From contig JAJDAC010000057.1 of assembly GCA_029262065.1 (NCBI GenBank), forward strand, positions 2,094-66,093: a stretch of 64,000 bases of DNA. Direction: 5' to 3'. Shown in pieces: positions 19,441 to 28,223 of the stretch. The notes beneath the pieces were generated by a model that was given only the letters and a program-made list of their open reading frames with translations, made no database searches and had not been told where the DNA came from. Source of the stretch: Candidatus Krumholzibacteriota bacterium (lineage in GTDB: Bacteria > Krumholzibacteriota > Krumholzibacteriia > JAJRXK01). The position numbers were made by a program, and so were the translations under genes. Numbering within the stretch: position 1 is the first letter of the stretch; the number at the start of each line of letters is the position of its first letter.

Positions 19441-19758
19441 GTGAAGAAGCTTTATGTGGGCAACCTGCCCTTCAGTGCCACCGATTCTGACGTAAACGAA
19501 TTGTTCAGCAAGCACGGCACCGTGAATTCGGTTGCGCTGATCAACGACCGTGAGACTGGTCGTCCCCGCGGATTTGGATTCGTGGAGATGGATGACGACG
19601 GCGCCCAGGCGGCAATTTCCGCTCTGAACGGTCACTCGATGGACGGACGTGACCTGAAGGTCAACGAAGCCCAGGACAAGCCTCGTCGCACCGGTGGTGG
19701 CGGCGGCGGCGGTGGCGGTGGATACGGCGGCGGCGGCGGCGGCGGCAACCGCTGGTAG
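19441..19758 (+). CDS. RRM RNA-binding protein with Gly-rich tail (Rbp family)
   Basis: KKLYVGNLPF (RNP2), RPRGFGFVEM (RNP1), GRDLKVNEA, poly-Gly tail; GTG start at 19441. Confidence 0.95.
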   Translation: MKKLYVGNLPFSATDSDVNELFSKHGTVNSVALINDRETGRPRGFGFVEMDDDGAQAAISALNGHSMDGRDLKVNEAQDKPRRTGGGGGGGGGGYGGGGGGGNRW

Positions 19759-19785
19759 TTGCTCTGCTCCACAACGCTAGAAAAG

Positions 19786-19822
19786 AAAACCCCGCTTCCG
19801 AAAGGAGGCGGGGTTTTTATTT
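19786..19822 (+). terminator. Intrinsic terminator, likely bidirectional
   Basis: AAAACCCCGCTTCC-GAAA-GGAGGCGGGGTTTT followed by TATTT; A-tract on the left; lies between convergent genes. Confidence 0.9.
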
Positions 19823-19841
19823 GTCCCGGTTCGCGCGTGGG

Positions 19842-20639
19842 TCAGAGCGTCACTTCTTCTGGACCCATTCCCTGTGGCGTGTAGTCCAGGTCGGTGGTCA
19901 TGAGAAACTTGTCGAACTCGAATCCATCTTCTCGCTGCGAGAAGCGAATGATGTGTTCTCCCGTCGTATCGATATCCACATAGATCGACCCGCGACATCC
20001 CGCGGTCTGGCCGCACGAATCCCGCTGGGAATTGGCCCAGGTCCATTCGAACTTTCCCGACGTCCACTGGATGCGCTCACCCGAACCGGGCCATGTGTCG
20101 TCGACACCCAGGTGCAGGCCGTTGTCTTCGGTTCCGGTGCTGTGCGCGCGCACCCATACATAGTACCGGCCGGTGGTTTCGAAGTTCACGCGGTAGGAAA
20201 CGGTGGGACCCTGACCCGGCGCACTGAAGAAGGCTCCCGGTCCGATCGGGTCGGCGTGGGTGACGCGGGTGTCCGGAAGGATCTCCAGGTAGGCTCCTCC
20301 GCTGGAGTCTTCCACGTGCTCGCCGTCGGGGTCGGGCGAGATGTTGGGAATCTCTCCGGCCTGTGTGAGTACCCAGTCGCGCGGATGTCCACGTAGGTCC
20401 ACCGCGAAGTAGTGCTCGGCTTCCACCGCCACCAATCCGTCGCGCTCCTGAAACGTCAGTTCGCTCGGCGGGTCATCGTTGGGCGGGTCATCGTTGGGTG
20501 GATCGTCGTTCGGCGGGTCGTCGTTGGGCGGGTCAAGCTCGATGAGCGCTTCCGGATCCACCACCTCGCAACCGGAAACAGTGATCCAGGTGATCAGGGC
20601 CAGGGCCGCTATGGCCATCGCAAACAGGCGTGTCGACAT
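19842..20639 (-). CDS. Putative lipoprotein with PPNDD linker and a GH115 C-terminal-like/CBM-like beta-sandwich
   Basis: Start at ATG 20639 after AAAGGAAG; hydrophobic signal ending VSG-C; VAVEAEHY...GRYYVWVRAHSTGTEDNGLHLG...REDGFEFDKFLMT. Confidence 0.7.
   Translation of the reverse strand: MSTRLFAMAIAALALITWITVSGCEVVDPEALIELDPPNDDPPNDDPPNDDPPNDDPPSELTFQERDGLVAVEAEHYFAVDLRGHPRDWVLTQAGEIPNISPDPDGEHVEDSSGGAYLEILPDTRVTHADPIGPGAFFSAPGQGPTVSYRVNFETTGRYYVWVRAHSTGTEDNGLHLGVDDTWPGSGERIQWTSGKFEWTWANSQRDSCGQTAGCRGSIYVDIDTTGEHIIRFSQREDGFEFDKFLMTTDLDYTPQGMGPEEVTL
20467..20534 (-). repeat. Tandem 15-bp coding repeat, (PPNDD)x4
   Basis: Unit ggcgggtcatcgttg with synonymous variants, read directly in the sequence. 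Confidence 0.9.
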
Positions 20640-20785
20640 TCGTGCTCTTCCTTTGAGAATGACCCAAGGTTGCTGGGCTCGCTTGCACGTAGCAGAGGTC
20701 GTGCCGGACACACGGGGAACGGGGCCCGGCTTTCCACGCGCGGAGAGTAGTTCCCCGTGAGGGAACGATCATCAACTCTCTGGAG

Positions 20786-20819
20786 ACAAGAAAGGAGGAC
20801 ACCCCGAAGGGTGCCCTCC
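20786..20819 (-). terminator. Intrinsic terminator for the 864-aa CTD gene
   Basis: Minus strand GGAGGGCACCC-TTCG-GGGTGTCCTCC then TTTCTTGT (cUUCGg loop, one G.U pair). Confidence 0.85.
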
Positions 20820-20865
20820 CGTACCCGACCCCGTCGGCAGGCGAGGTCGAGGGGGGTGTTGCCGG

Positions 20866-23460
20866 TCACTTGGCCAGAACCAGCTTCCGTGATTCCACCG
20901 CGCCGGTCGAAACCAGGCGTAGCATGTACACGCCGCTGGCTACCGACGCGCCGTTGTCGGCCGTGCCGTCCCACATGAGCGAATGACTCCCGGCCGCGAC
21001 GTCCGCGTCGAGCAGCGTACGCACCGTGCGTCCGCGCAGATCGTAGACGTGAGCGGTGACCTGGCCGGGGCGCTCCACCGAGAAGTCGACCTGCGTGCGC
21101 GGATTGAACGGGTTGGGATACGCGCTACCTACCTGCATGACGGCGCGAGCGGTGGTGGGTGTGGAAGTGGGAGAGTCCCAGGGCACCACGTTGATGAACT
21201 CCATCAGCTCGGTCATGTACTGGCCACGCGCGCCGTTGGGGGCCGACGGGTCGGGGGAGCTGCTGATCTCGGACGGATCGAACAGGCTGGCCAAGCGATG
21301 GCCCGAACCATTCTCGGTTGCGACCTGCACCACGTACGTCTCACCCGTGGGTCCCGTGAGTTGGTGGCTGATCTGCGCCCAGGTGGGTACCAGTTCCAGA
21401 TCAGGCGTGTCCTCGTTGCAACCGGGAAACGAAGTAGGCTGTTGCTCGAAGCTGGCGAAGCTGGTCGTGAACGGGTAGAAGCCCATGGTGTTGACCACGC
21501 CCGCGCCCGGAAGCTCTCGCTCTTCCACGACTTCGACGCCCAGTTCGTCGCGAAGGAAGTCGACCGCGGCCGGGCCCTGATCGTTCAGTGCCTTCAACAG
21601 ACGGCCGCCCATGAGTGCGAGCGCGCCGCCGGAGTTCTGCGCGTACTGCGCCAGCAATGAAAGGTCATCGTTCTTGCCGTTGCCGTTGGCGTTGGTTCCG
21701 TCACCCAGCACGCCGGGGCCGTGCTCGGCGCCAACTACCATGATCGCGCTGTAGCCCATGAGCTGGGCCAGCGTCGCGCCGCCACTGCCCGCGGCCGCGA
21801 TCGAGTTGCTGTACATGGAGGCGGGGTCGGCCACGCGGTACACGTCGTAGTCCAGGCCCTCGATCATGCCGCTCTCGCGCAGAGCCTGTTGCAGGGCATC
21901 GTCGTCTTCTTCGTTCAGAGCCTGGATAATGAGAAGCTGAGCCTGCACCACGCCCCACGATTCCTGCTTCACCGAGGGCAAGCCCTGCACGGTGTATCGG
22001 TGGTCGTAGTTCGTGCCGTCGTAGAGCGTGCTTGCATCTTCGGGCACGCTACCGATGTATCCCATCTGGTCCTCGGCTTCGATCATGTAGCGAATTTCGT
22101 CGCCGGGAAAAAAGAAACCGGCCGCGGGTACCTTGCTGTCCTTGGATAGTTCGTTCTCGGGAAAGTCGAAGCCGTACTCAAAGTTTCCCAGGGGCACGCC
22201 TTCGAGGAATCCGACCCAACGATTGCGACCTCGTTCGTCCACGCCGAAGTACTCGAGTCCCGGAGGCAGCTGGCGCACTTCGTCGAACATGGGGTTGGTT
22301 TCGATCACGTAGGTCATCATGGGGCCGCCGCTGGGGCCTGGTCCCACGATCGAACCACCGACCGTGTCGGGAAAGATCGATACGATCATCTGATCCTGGC
22401 GATCGATCCAGCCTGCCTGCGGACCGGCCAGATCCACGGCGGCGTCGGTGCGGACGAGCAGAGCGTTGGGGTCACCGTACCAGTCAGTGACACCGGCTTC
22501 GGAGAACGCATCCTGGAACGACGAGGCGTAGCTCGCGTCGATCCAGGGTTCGCCGTCACCAACGGCCATGGCACTTGCCTCGCCGTCGGTCGTTTGTGTG
22601 ACTGTTTCCATGGGAGCACCGCCGGCGCTGTAGCGGGGCACGTCGATGATATCGGTCACTACATAGTTCGACGCAGATATCGTGGTTCCGCCACCGGGAC
22701 TCTGTGAAATCTGTAGTTCTTCATTGGGGATACCCGACACCGTCAGGTCGCCACGAGGGTCCACGTTGAAGCTGAATTCCACACCGGGAACGTCGACCCA
22801 ATCTCCGTCGGCGTACTCGAAGCGATAGTTGACTCCCGCGCACACATTGGCCTTTCCCCGTCGGCCATCGAGTATCTGAATGGTCAGGTCCGTGAGTTCC
22901 ATGGTTCGTTCGAAGCTGAGCACCTCGACACCGTTCACGAATTTCGCGGGCGCATCGTTCTGCTTGGACTGATCGATCTCGTAGACCCCGTCGGCCGTGC
23001 CCTTGGCGTAGGCGTCGACCTTGCCCTTGCTGGTCGGACGGTTTGCGTAGATCCAGACGATGATCGTGGCATCGGAAAATGTTGCGTCGTTCGCGTACGC
23101 GTGAGCTTCGGCGCTGCCGCAGTTCTGCGAGCCGGGGGTATCTGACGTCCCCAGTTCCATGTCGCAATTGGCGGAGTCCCAGCCCGAGTCCTCGCATCCC
23201 CAGCCCCGCGCAGTTCCGGCGCCGCACTTTTCCGAAACTGCTCCGATGGAATAGTTGTCCCGGGCGATGTAATCGATTGCCCGGCCGATTCCAGCGATCG
23301 CGGCGACCACACCCAGGGCGATGAGGGCCGGGTGCTTGGCCATCGACGCAGGGTCAGGTTTCTCTCCCGCCGTGGCCGGTGCGGCCATTCCCGCGAGGAG
23401 AGTAATGATCAGGACCGAGGAAACAACCCGTCGAATGTTGGAAGTCGTGGAGCAGTACAT
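20866..23460 (-). CDS. Large secreted protein of unknown function with FlgD-Ig/T9SS-like CTD
   Basis: Signal peptide ending PATA; C-terminal AYPNPFNPRTQVDF...WDGTADNGASVASGVY; AGGAG RBS. Confidence 0.85.
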   Translation of the reverse strand: MYCSTTSNIRRVVSSVLIITLLAGMAAPATAGEKPDPASMAKHPALIALGVVAAIAGIGRAIDYIARDNYSIGAVSEKCGAGTARGWGCEDSGWDSANCDMELGTSDTPGSQNCGSAEAHAYANDATFSDATIIVWIYANRPTSKGKVDAYAKGTADGVYEIDQSKQNDAPAKFVNGVEVLSFERTMELTDLTIQILDGRRGKANVCAGVNYRFEYADGDWVDVPGVEFSFNVDPRGDLTVSGIPNEELQISQSPGGGTTISASNYVVTDIIDVPRYSAGGAPMETVTQTTDGEASAMAVGDGEPWIDASYASSFQDAFSEAGVTDWYGDPNALLVRTDAAVDLAGPQAGWIDRQDQMIVSIFPDTVGGSIVGPGPSGGPMMTYVIETNPMFDEVRQLPPGLEYFGVDERGRNRWVGFLEGVPLGNFEYGFDFPENELSKDSKVPAAGFFFPGDEIRYMIEAEDQMGYIGSVPEDASTLYDGTNYDHRYTVQGLPSVKQESWGVVQAQLLIIQALNEEDDDALQQALRESGMIEGLDYDVYRVADPASMYSNSIAAAGSGGATLAQLMGYSAIMVVGAEHGPGVLGDGTNANGNGKNDDLSLLAQYAQNSGGALALMGGRLLKALNDQGPAAVDFLRDELGVEVVEERELPGAGVVNTMGFYPFTTSFASFEQQPTSFPGCNEDTPDLELVPTWAQISHQLTGPTGETYVVQVATENGSGHRLASLFDPSEISSSPDPSAPNGARGQYMTELMEFINVVPWDSPTSTPTTARAVMQVGSAYPNPFNPRTQVDFSVERPGQVTAHVYDLRGRTVRTLLDADVAAGSHSLMWDGTADNGASVASGVYMLRLVSTGAVESRKLVLAK

Positions 23461-23573
23461 TTGGGAACTCCTGTTTCAGTCGAGGTAGTGAGTTGAGCCG
23501 CTCCCACTGAGCGACCTTCACCCTGCCTCGTCGCAGGAGTTGGGGGTTCGTTTGCCCCCAATCGAACTTTTTT

Positions 23574-24392
23574 TCAGGGGGCAGTGATTTCGAGGGAGAC
23601 GGTGGTGCGATCGGCCTCGCCGGTCCCCCAGTCCACCTGGAGCTGGTGGGCCCCGGGGCTCAGTGCCGCGGTAGGCACGGTCAGGGCTAGAACGCCAGAC
23701 TCGGGGTTGAATAGCCCATTCCAGGCATTTTGCGTCTCCCATACGACATTCTGTCCGGCCACCCGGGTCAGGGTTACCGCGAATCGATCGGGCGGATTTT
23801 CACTGGCCAGCAATGCCGGCGAATACTCCACCAGCAGCAGGTGATGGGAGGCGTCGGGCGTCAATTTGAGGGTCTGGCTGCCTGAGCGGGCCTGGCCCGT
23901 CAACAGGATCGAGGGGAGGGCCAGGTCGGCCGGCCCCTGGTTGTTTGGCCGCATGAGGGGGATAGCCATGAGCACGATGGTGGCGGCGAGGGCCACGGGG
24001 AGCGCCGGGGTCATGCGGATCGGCCGAAGCAATGTTCTTCGGATTCCGGCTCGGCCAGTCACTGCGCTGGTACTCTGCCGCGCGGTTTGCAGTTCGACCT
24101 TACAGGTGGGGCAGGCGCGTGCGTGCGCGGTCAGTCGCGCCAGCTCGCTGGTTTCGAGTTCGTCTTCGCCAAGCGACATTGCCACCGCAGCCAGGTCGTC
24201 TGCGCTGGGGTGATCGTCGAGCAAAGCCTCGAACTCGTCGGGTGAGATGCGAAGGAGCGATTGGATCGCCGCGATCCCACCCTGGCATTCAGTGCAGTTC
24301 TCCACGTGGGCGGCCACGCTGGTCCGGTTCTCGCCGGAGAGTTCATCGCGCACGAACTCAATCAGATACTGTGATGCGGACTCGTGATCCAA
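23574..24392 (-). CDS. Membrane anti-sigma factor with two tandem zf-HC2-like motifs
   Basis: AHVENCTEC and AHARACPTC; TM PALPVALAATIVLMAIPLM; beta-rich periplasmic domain. Confidence 0.82.
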   Translation of the reverse strand: MDHESASQYLIEFVRDELSGENRTSVAAHVENCTECQGGIAAIQSLLRISPDEFEALLDDHPSADDLAAVAMSLGEDELETSELARLTAHARACPTCKVELQTARQSTSAVTGRAGIRRTLLRPIRMTPALPVALAATIVLMAIPLMRPNNQGPADLALPSILLTGQARSGSQTLKLTPDASHHLLLVEYSPALLASENPPDRFAVTLTRVAGQNVVWETQNAWNGLFNPESGVLALTVPTAALSPGAHQLQVDWGTGEADRTTVSLEITAP

Positions 24393-24474
24393 ACCAGATC
24401 CTCGGGGTGTGCGCGTGATCCATCTCTATTGAAAGCGGTGCACTGGACAGTTCTCGGCCGCGTCAGCATACTCC

Positions 24475-25113
24475 ATGCATCCGCGACTCGCCCAGCGCCT
24501 GTCCTTCTTGGTCGTGGTTGGGGGCGATTCGTTTGGGCTTCGATCGAAAATTCTTCGCGACCCGGGGCAGCGAGCCTTGTCGAACGACCATCCAGACCAA
24601 AGTCTCCTACGCCGTTTTCTCATGGGTGACGATGATGCGTGTCGTGAAGTGGAGTCCTGGGCGCGTGACATCATCCGCTTCCAGTCCTATGGCCTTTCCA
24701 CCGAAGACCAACGCGATGTATTGCAGGACACACTTACTGGCCTGTGGCGGGCCGTGGGCCAACCTGATTTTGAGCTTCGTCACGGGCTGAAGGCTCTGGT
24801 CCGGCGCATTGCCACCGCGCGCTGCATCGATCGGTTGCGAAGACGGCGGCCCGAAACGGAAGTGCCTGAGTCGCTTCCCGATCCTGCACTGGATCCGTAC
24901 GCGCAGCTACTTAGCAGCGATATGCACGCCCGGGTGCGATTGGCGGTGCAACGTCTGAGCGAATCGTGTCGAGAGCTCATCCGCCGTCATTTCTACGAGG
25001 GCGTTGCGTATAAGGTGTTGGCCGACGCCGAAGAGCGGGCCGAGTCCACTATTCGCGTGCGCATGTTTGGTTGTATCAACAAGCTGCGCGCGATGGCGGC
25101 GGCCTGGGAGTAG
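24475..25113 (+). CDS. ECF-type sigma-70 family sigma factor
   Basis: DQRDVLQDTL...IATARCIDRLRR; LSESCRELIRRHFYEGVAY...STIRVRMFGC. True start may be TTG 24577. Confidence 0.88.
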   Translation: MHPRLAQRLSFLVVVGGDSFGLRSKILRDPGQRALSNDHPDQSLLRRFLMGDDDACREVESWARDIIRFQSYGLSTEDQRDVLQDTLTGLWRAVGQPDFELRHGLKALVRRIATARCIDRLRRRRPETEVPESLPDPALDPYAQLLSSDMHARVRLAVQRLSESCRELIRRHFYEGVAYKVLADAEERAESTIRVRMFGCINKLRAMAAAWE

Positions 25114-25121
25114 ACACGCGC

Positions 25122-28004
25122 CTACGGCGCGCCACTGATGGAGAATGCGGCCCAGTAGTAGGGGTGTTCCCACCCAGGAGTGGCTTTGACTCGCCGTTTC
25201 GCTTCCTGTAGGGCCCGGGCGATTTCGAAGTCGTCGGGTTGACCGACGGGTACATTCCGCAGGAACCCGGCCACCAGTTCGGTCGTGGCGCGATCGTCAA
25301 TGGCCCAACGCGTAGCAACCACCCGTTGCGCTCCCGCCGCCAGAAACCCGCGCCCGAGCGCCTGGGCTCCTTCGCCCAGGATAACCGCGCCGCGCTGGGT
25401 ATCACACGCCGACAGGACGGCCAGCCTACAGTTCAGGTTCAGCTCTCCCAGCTCGAACAGGTGAAGGGCGCCGTCGTTTCGCGCGTCGACAATGTTGGCC
25501 GGCGGACTCAGGGCCAACGCGGCGCGTAGGCCGTTTCGATTGCCGCGTACCACAGCGTGGGTTGCGAAGTGAACAATGCTGGCCTGACTCAACTCCGCGC
25601 GAACCCGCGCTTCGGTTGCGTCGGAACCCAACAACGTCGTGGTTTCTTCGGCGGCAAAAATTGCACGAACCGAATCCACCTCGGCCGCGGACCAAGGCAG
25701 CGCGCCCAGCGTGTCGAATACCATGGTCGAGCGTTTCGTGCCGGTGCCAGACGTAGGGTTTCCCACGCTGAGTATTCGTGCGTGTTCGCCAACCCGGTGG
25801 GGAGTTCGCGTCTGCAAGGCTCTCATGCTGGCTATGGAATCGATCACGTGCACGGCCGGTCCGCGGTTGATCCACATCTGGCCCTGATCGTCGAGGCTCA
25901 GCGCTTCGAAGGGCAGCGAGTGCAGGGACGCATCGGGAGAGATGATCACGGCCGGCACCCGGGAAATCTCATTCCAGATGGTCGCAGGCACCAGAATCCC
26001 GAACAGTGCTTGAGCGCGTTGTTCTCTTTGTTGTGTATCCCTGCGTCGGCGCAGGGCCGACGGTTCGCTCCACATGGCGAGCAAGCCGCGGGCGTTGTCG
26101 CGAGTCAGGGCGTTCGAACCCTCCCGCCGGGGGCCCGTGTCGATGCCGACGTCACCCAGGGCGCGTGTGCAGTCGTCCAACCCAAACGGACCGGGAGAGA
26201 TTCCCAGGCGCGACGCGTGGGTCTCTGTGGCCACCAATTCGAAGACCTGGATGTTCTTCTCGTCCGATGGCTTGAAGAACAGGTAGCTGTGCTCGCGTCC
26301 CACGAAATAGTTCATCAGAGGCGCGGACAACCCGTTTGCGTCATCTGAATCGAAACCCGTCGATCCTTGCGCCAAGATCGACATCCAGGCGGGTTGGTCG
26401 CGAAGCCTGGCTTCCATCGTGGCGTGAACGCTGGCCGTGAGACTGTCGATGGAGGTTTCGACCGCGGCCAGTTGTTCGCGTGTCGATGGGTCCCCCTCCA
26501 AGATCGACCAGCGTAGGGACACCGAGCGACGCGTGAGTTCAGCCAAACGCAAGCGCAGGGATTCCAGCTCGGTTGCGGTCTCGTCAGAGCTCGGGCCCCC
26601 CGCCTCGTTGCCCAGGCCAAGGGCAATGTGTTCTCGCAGGACGCGGCCTTTGGCCTGTTCCACCAGGGCAAAGGCCGCATCGATGTCACCCGACGAAACA
26701 TGTAGGTCTATGAGTCGCGCGTACGGACGCCGGAACATCGCCAGCAGTCGTGCTCGGCTGGTGGAAGAGCCGCCGATGGTCGTGCGGCCGCGTTCGATGA
26801 TCTCGATGGCGCGTTCCAGGTGTTCACGCGCGGCCGCGGTGTTCTCTTTGGACACTTCGTGTGCGGCCGCGAGGTCCAGCCCACGTACGCGGGCCATTGG
26901 TGCCACGCCCGACTCCGCGAGAATCCCAATGGCGCGCTCCAACTCGCTAGCCTGAGGTTCCGTCAGAGTTCCTTTGGCGTCGGTTGCGATTGCATCGATT
27001 TGGACAATGATGGCCAGAGCTAACTCGGGGTGTTCGATGCCATACACATCTTGTCGCAGCCGTCTTGCCAACTGCGCTTTCTGTGCCGCGGCATCGGCGT
27101 TTCCCGCCGCCAGAAGGTCTTCGGCTCCGTCCAGGAGGACCTGTGCGAGCAGCACGGGACGGGGCGGCCGGAGAGTGCGGACGACCTGCTCTGCTTCCTG
27201 GCGCAGGGACCACGCTTGTTGTGCATTGCCGCTTTCGGCGTGCAACTCGGCCAGTTGATTCAGCGGAAATACAATCCATGGCGAGTCGGCGGCGTAGGCC
27301 AGCCGTGAGAGTTCCAACGCCCGTTCGTAGAGCGGTCGCGCTTCATCGAAGCGAAGTTGCATGCGAAGGATCTCAGCCAGGTTCAGGTTCGCGTTGGCGG
27401 TTCGCGCATTCGTGCACTCGCGCTCGATGCTGATCGCGAGTGCCTTGCGAAGCAAGGGTTCGGCTTCGTCGTAGTTCTGTAGATCGCGGTGAAGGCCGGC
27501 GTAGTTGTTCAACAGCACCGCCTCGTCGCATCCGGGATCCTGCACGTTCGGCTGGCGATTCAATGCGTCTTCGAATGCCTTCCGGGCGGCATTGAGATCG
27601 CCCGCGGCACGGGAGCATTCGGCCAGGTTATTCAGCCGGAGCACCCAAAGAGAGTCGGGGGCGTCGACGCTGGCGAGGATTTCCACGCTACGCTGGAACT
27701 GAGCTCGAGCAAGAGCCGGTCGGTCGAGCTGGTAGTAGAGGTTGCCCAGAAGATCGTGAACCGCCTCGATCGTCAGGTCGTTGTTCGTGTCGATCGCCAC
27801 CAGCGACTCGGCGTGAGCCACGGCCAATTGCGTGTCGCCGGCGACCAGGGCATCGGCCAGACGCTGCTCCATCGTGGATTCTTGGTCTGCGTTGGTCAGA
27901 GCGGCCAACAATGAAACAAGCACCAAGGCCAACAGGCCCACCAGACTGGAGTGGCCGGCCGTTGTCGCTCGGTGTTGGTGTGACTGCGCACTCTGTGACG
28001 GCAT
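25122..28004 (-). CDS. Exported TPR-CHAT protease
   Basis: Start re-picked at ATG 28004; hydrophobic signal SLVGLLALVLVSLLAALTNA; TPR-10/12-like repeats (LNNLAE, LNNYAG, LNQLAE); dyad VHFATHA and AVLSACDT; terminal HPYYWAAFSISG. Confidence 0.88.
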   Translation of the reverse strand: MPSQSAQSHQHRATTAGHSSLVGLLALVLVSLLAALTNADQESTMEQRLADALVAGDTQLAVAHAESLVAIDTNNDLTIEAVHDLLGNLYYQLDRPALARAQFQRSVEILASVDAPDSLWVLRLNNLAECSRAAGDLNAARKAFEDALNRQPNVQDPGCDEAVLLNNYAGLHRDLQNYDEAEPLLRKALAISIERECTNARTANANLNLAEILRMQLRFDEARPLYERALELSRLAYAADSPWIVFPLNQLAELHAESGNAQQAWSLRQEAEQVVRTLRPPRPVLLAQVLLDGAEDLLAAGNADAAAQKAQLARRLRQDVYGIEHPELALAIIVQIDAIATDAKGTLTEPQASELERAIGILAESGVAPMARVRGLDLAAAHEVSKENTAAAREHLERAIEIIERGRTTIGGSSTSRARLLAMFRRPYARLIDLHVSSGDIDAAFALVEQAKGRVLREHIALGLGNEAGGPSSDETATELESLRLRLAELTRRSVSLRWSILEGDPSTREQLAAVETSIDSLTASVHATMEARLRDQPAWMSILAQGSTGFDSDDANGLSAPLMNYFVGREHSYLFFKPSDEKNIQVFELVATETHASRLGISPGPFGLDDCTRALGDVGIDTGPRREGSNALTRDNARGLLAMWSEPSALRRRRDTQQREQRAQALFGILVPATIWNEISRVPAVIISPDASLHSLPFEALSLDDQGQMWINRGPAVHVIDSIASMRALQTRTPHRVGEHARILSVGNPTSGTGTKRSTMVFDTLGALPWSAAEVDSVRAIFAAEETTTLLGSDATEARVRAELSQASIVHFATHAVVRGNRNGLRAALALSPPANIVDARNDGALHLFELGELNLNCRLAVLSACDTQRGAVILGEGAQALGRGFLAAGAQRVVATRWAIDDRATTELVAGFLRNVPVGQPDDFEIARALQEAKRRVKATPGWEHPYYWAAFSISGAP

Positions 28005-28223
28005 GCGCCTGCTGTCTGGATGAGAGGAACAGGAAAGTCCAAGCCTAGCGCACTTTCCGGCAAACGCCCCACGACTTCGCACGACTATATCACTAGCCCG
28101 GTGTTCCATAGGTGCCTCGCCTGGGCCCCCGATTGCCGCCTGGGTGCAAAGTCGTTTACGATCAATAGGTCGCCCAGACCCTGCGCGGCCCAACCAGCCA
28201 TTTCTGTCCCGGAGTTCTATGCG

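Noticed and set aside
19698-19746. GGC/GGT trinucleotide run as a possible microsatellite or contingency locus
   Set aside because: It encodes the normal Gly-rich tail of an RRM protein and stays in frame.
20467-20534. Short direct repeats as a possible mini-CRISPR
   Set aside because: Contiguous 15-bp coding units with no spacers and no cas genes in the window.
23540-23574. Hairpin TTGGGGG/CCCCCAA with a T-run as a terminator for the anti-sigma gene
   Set aside because: The T-run is on the wrong strand for the minus-strand gene, and alternative pairings exist; left unassigned.
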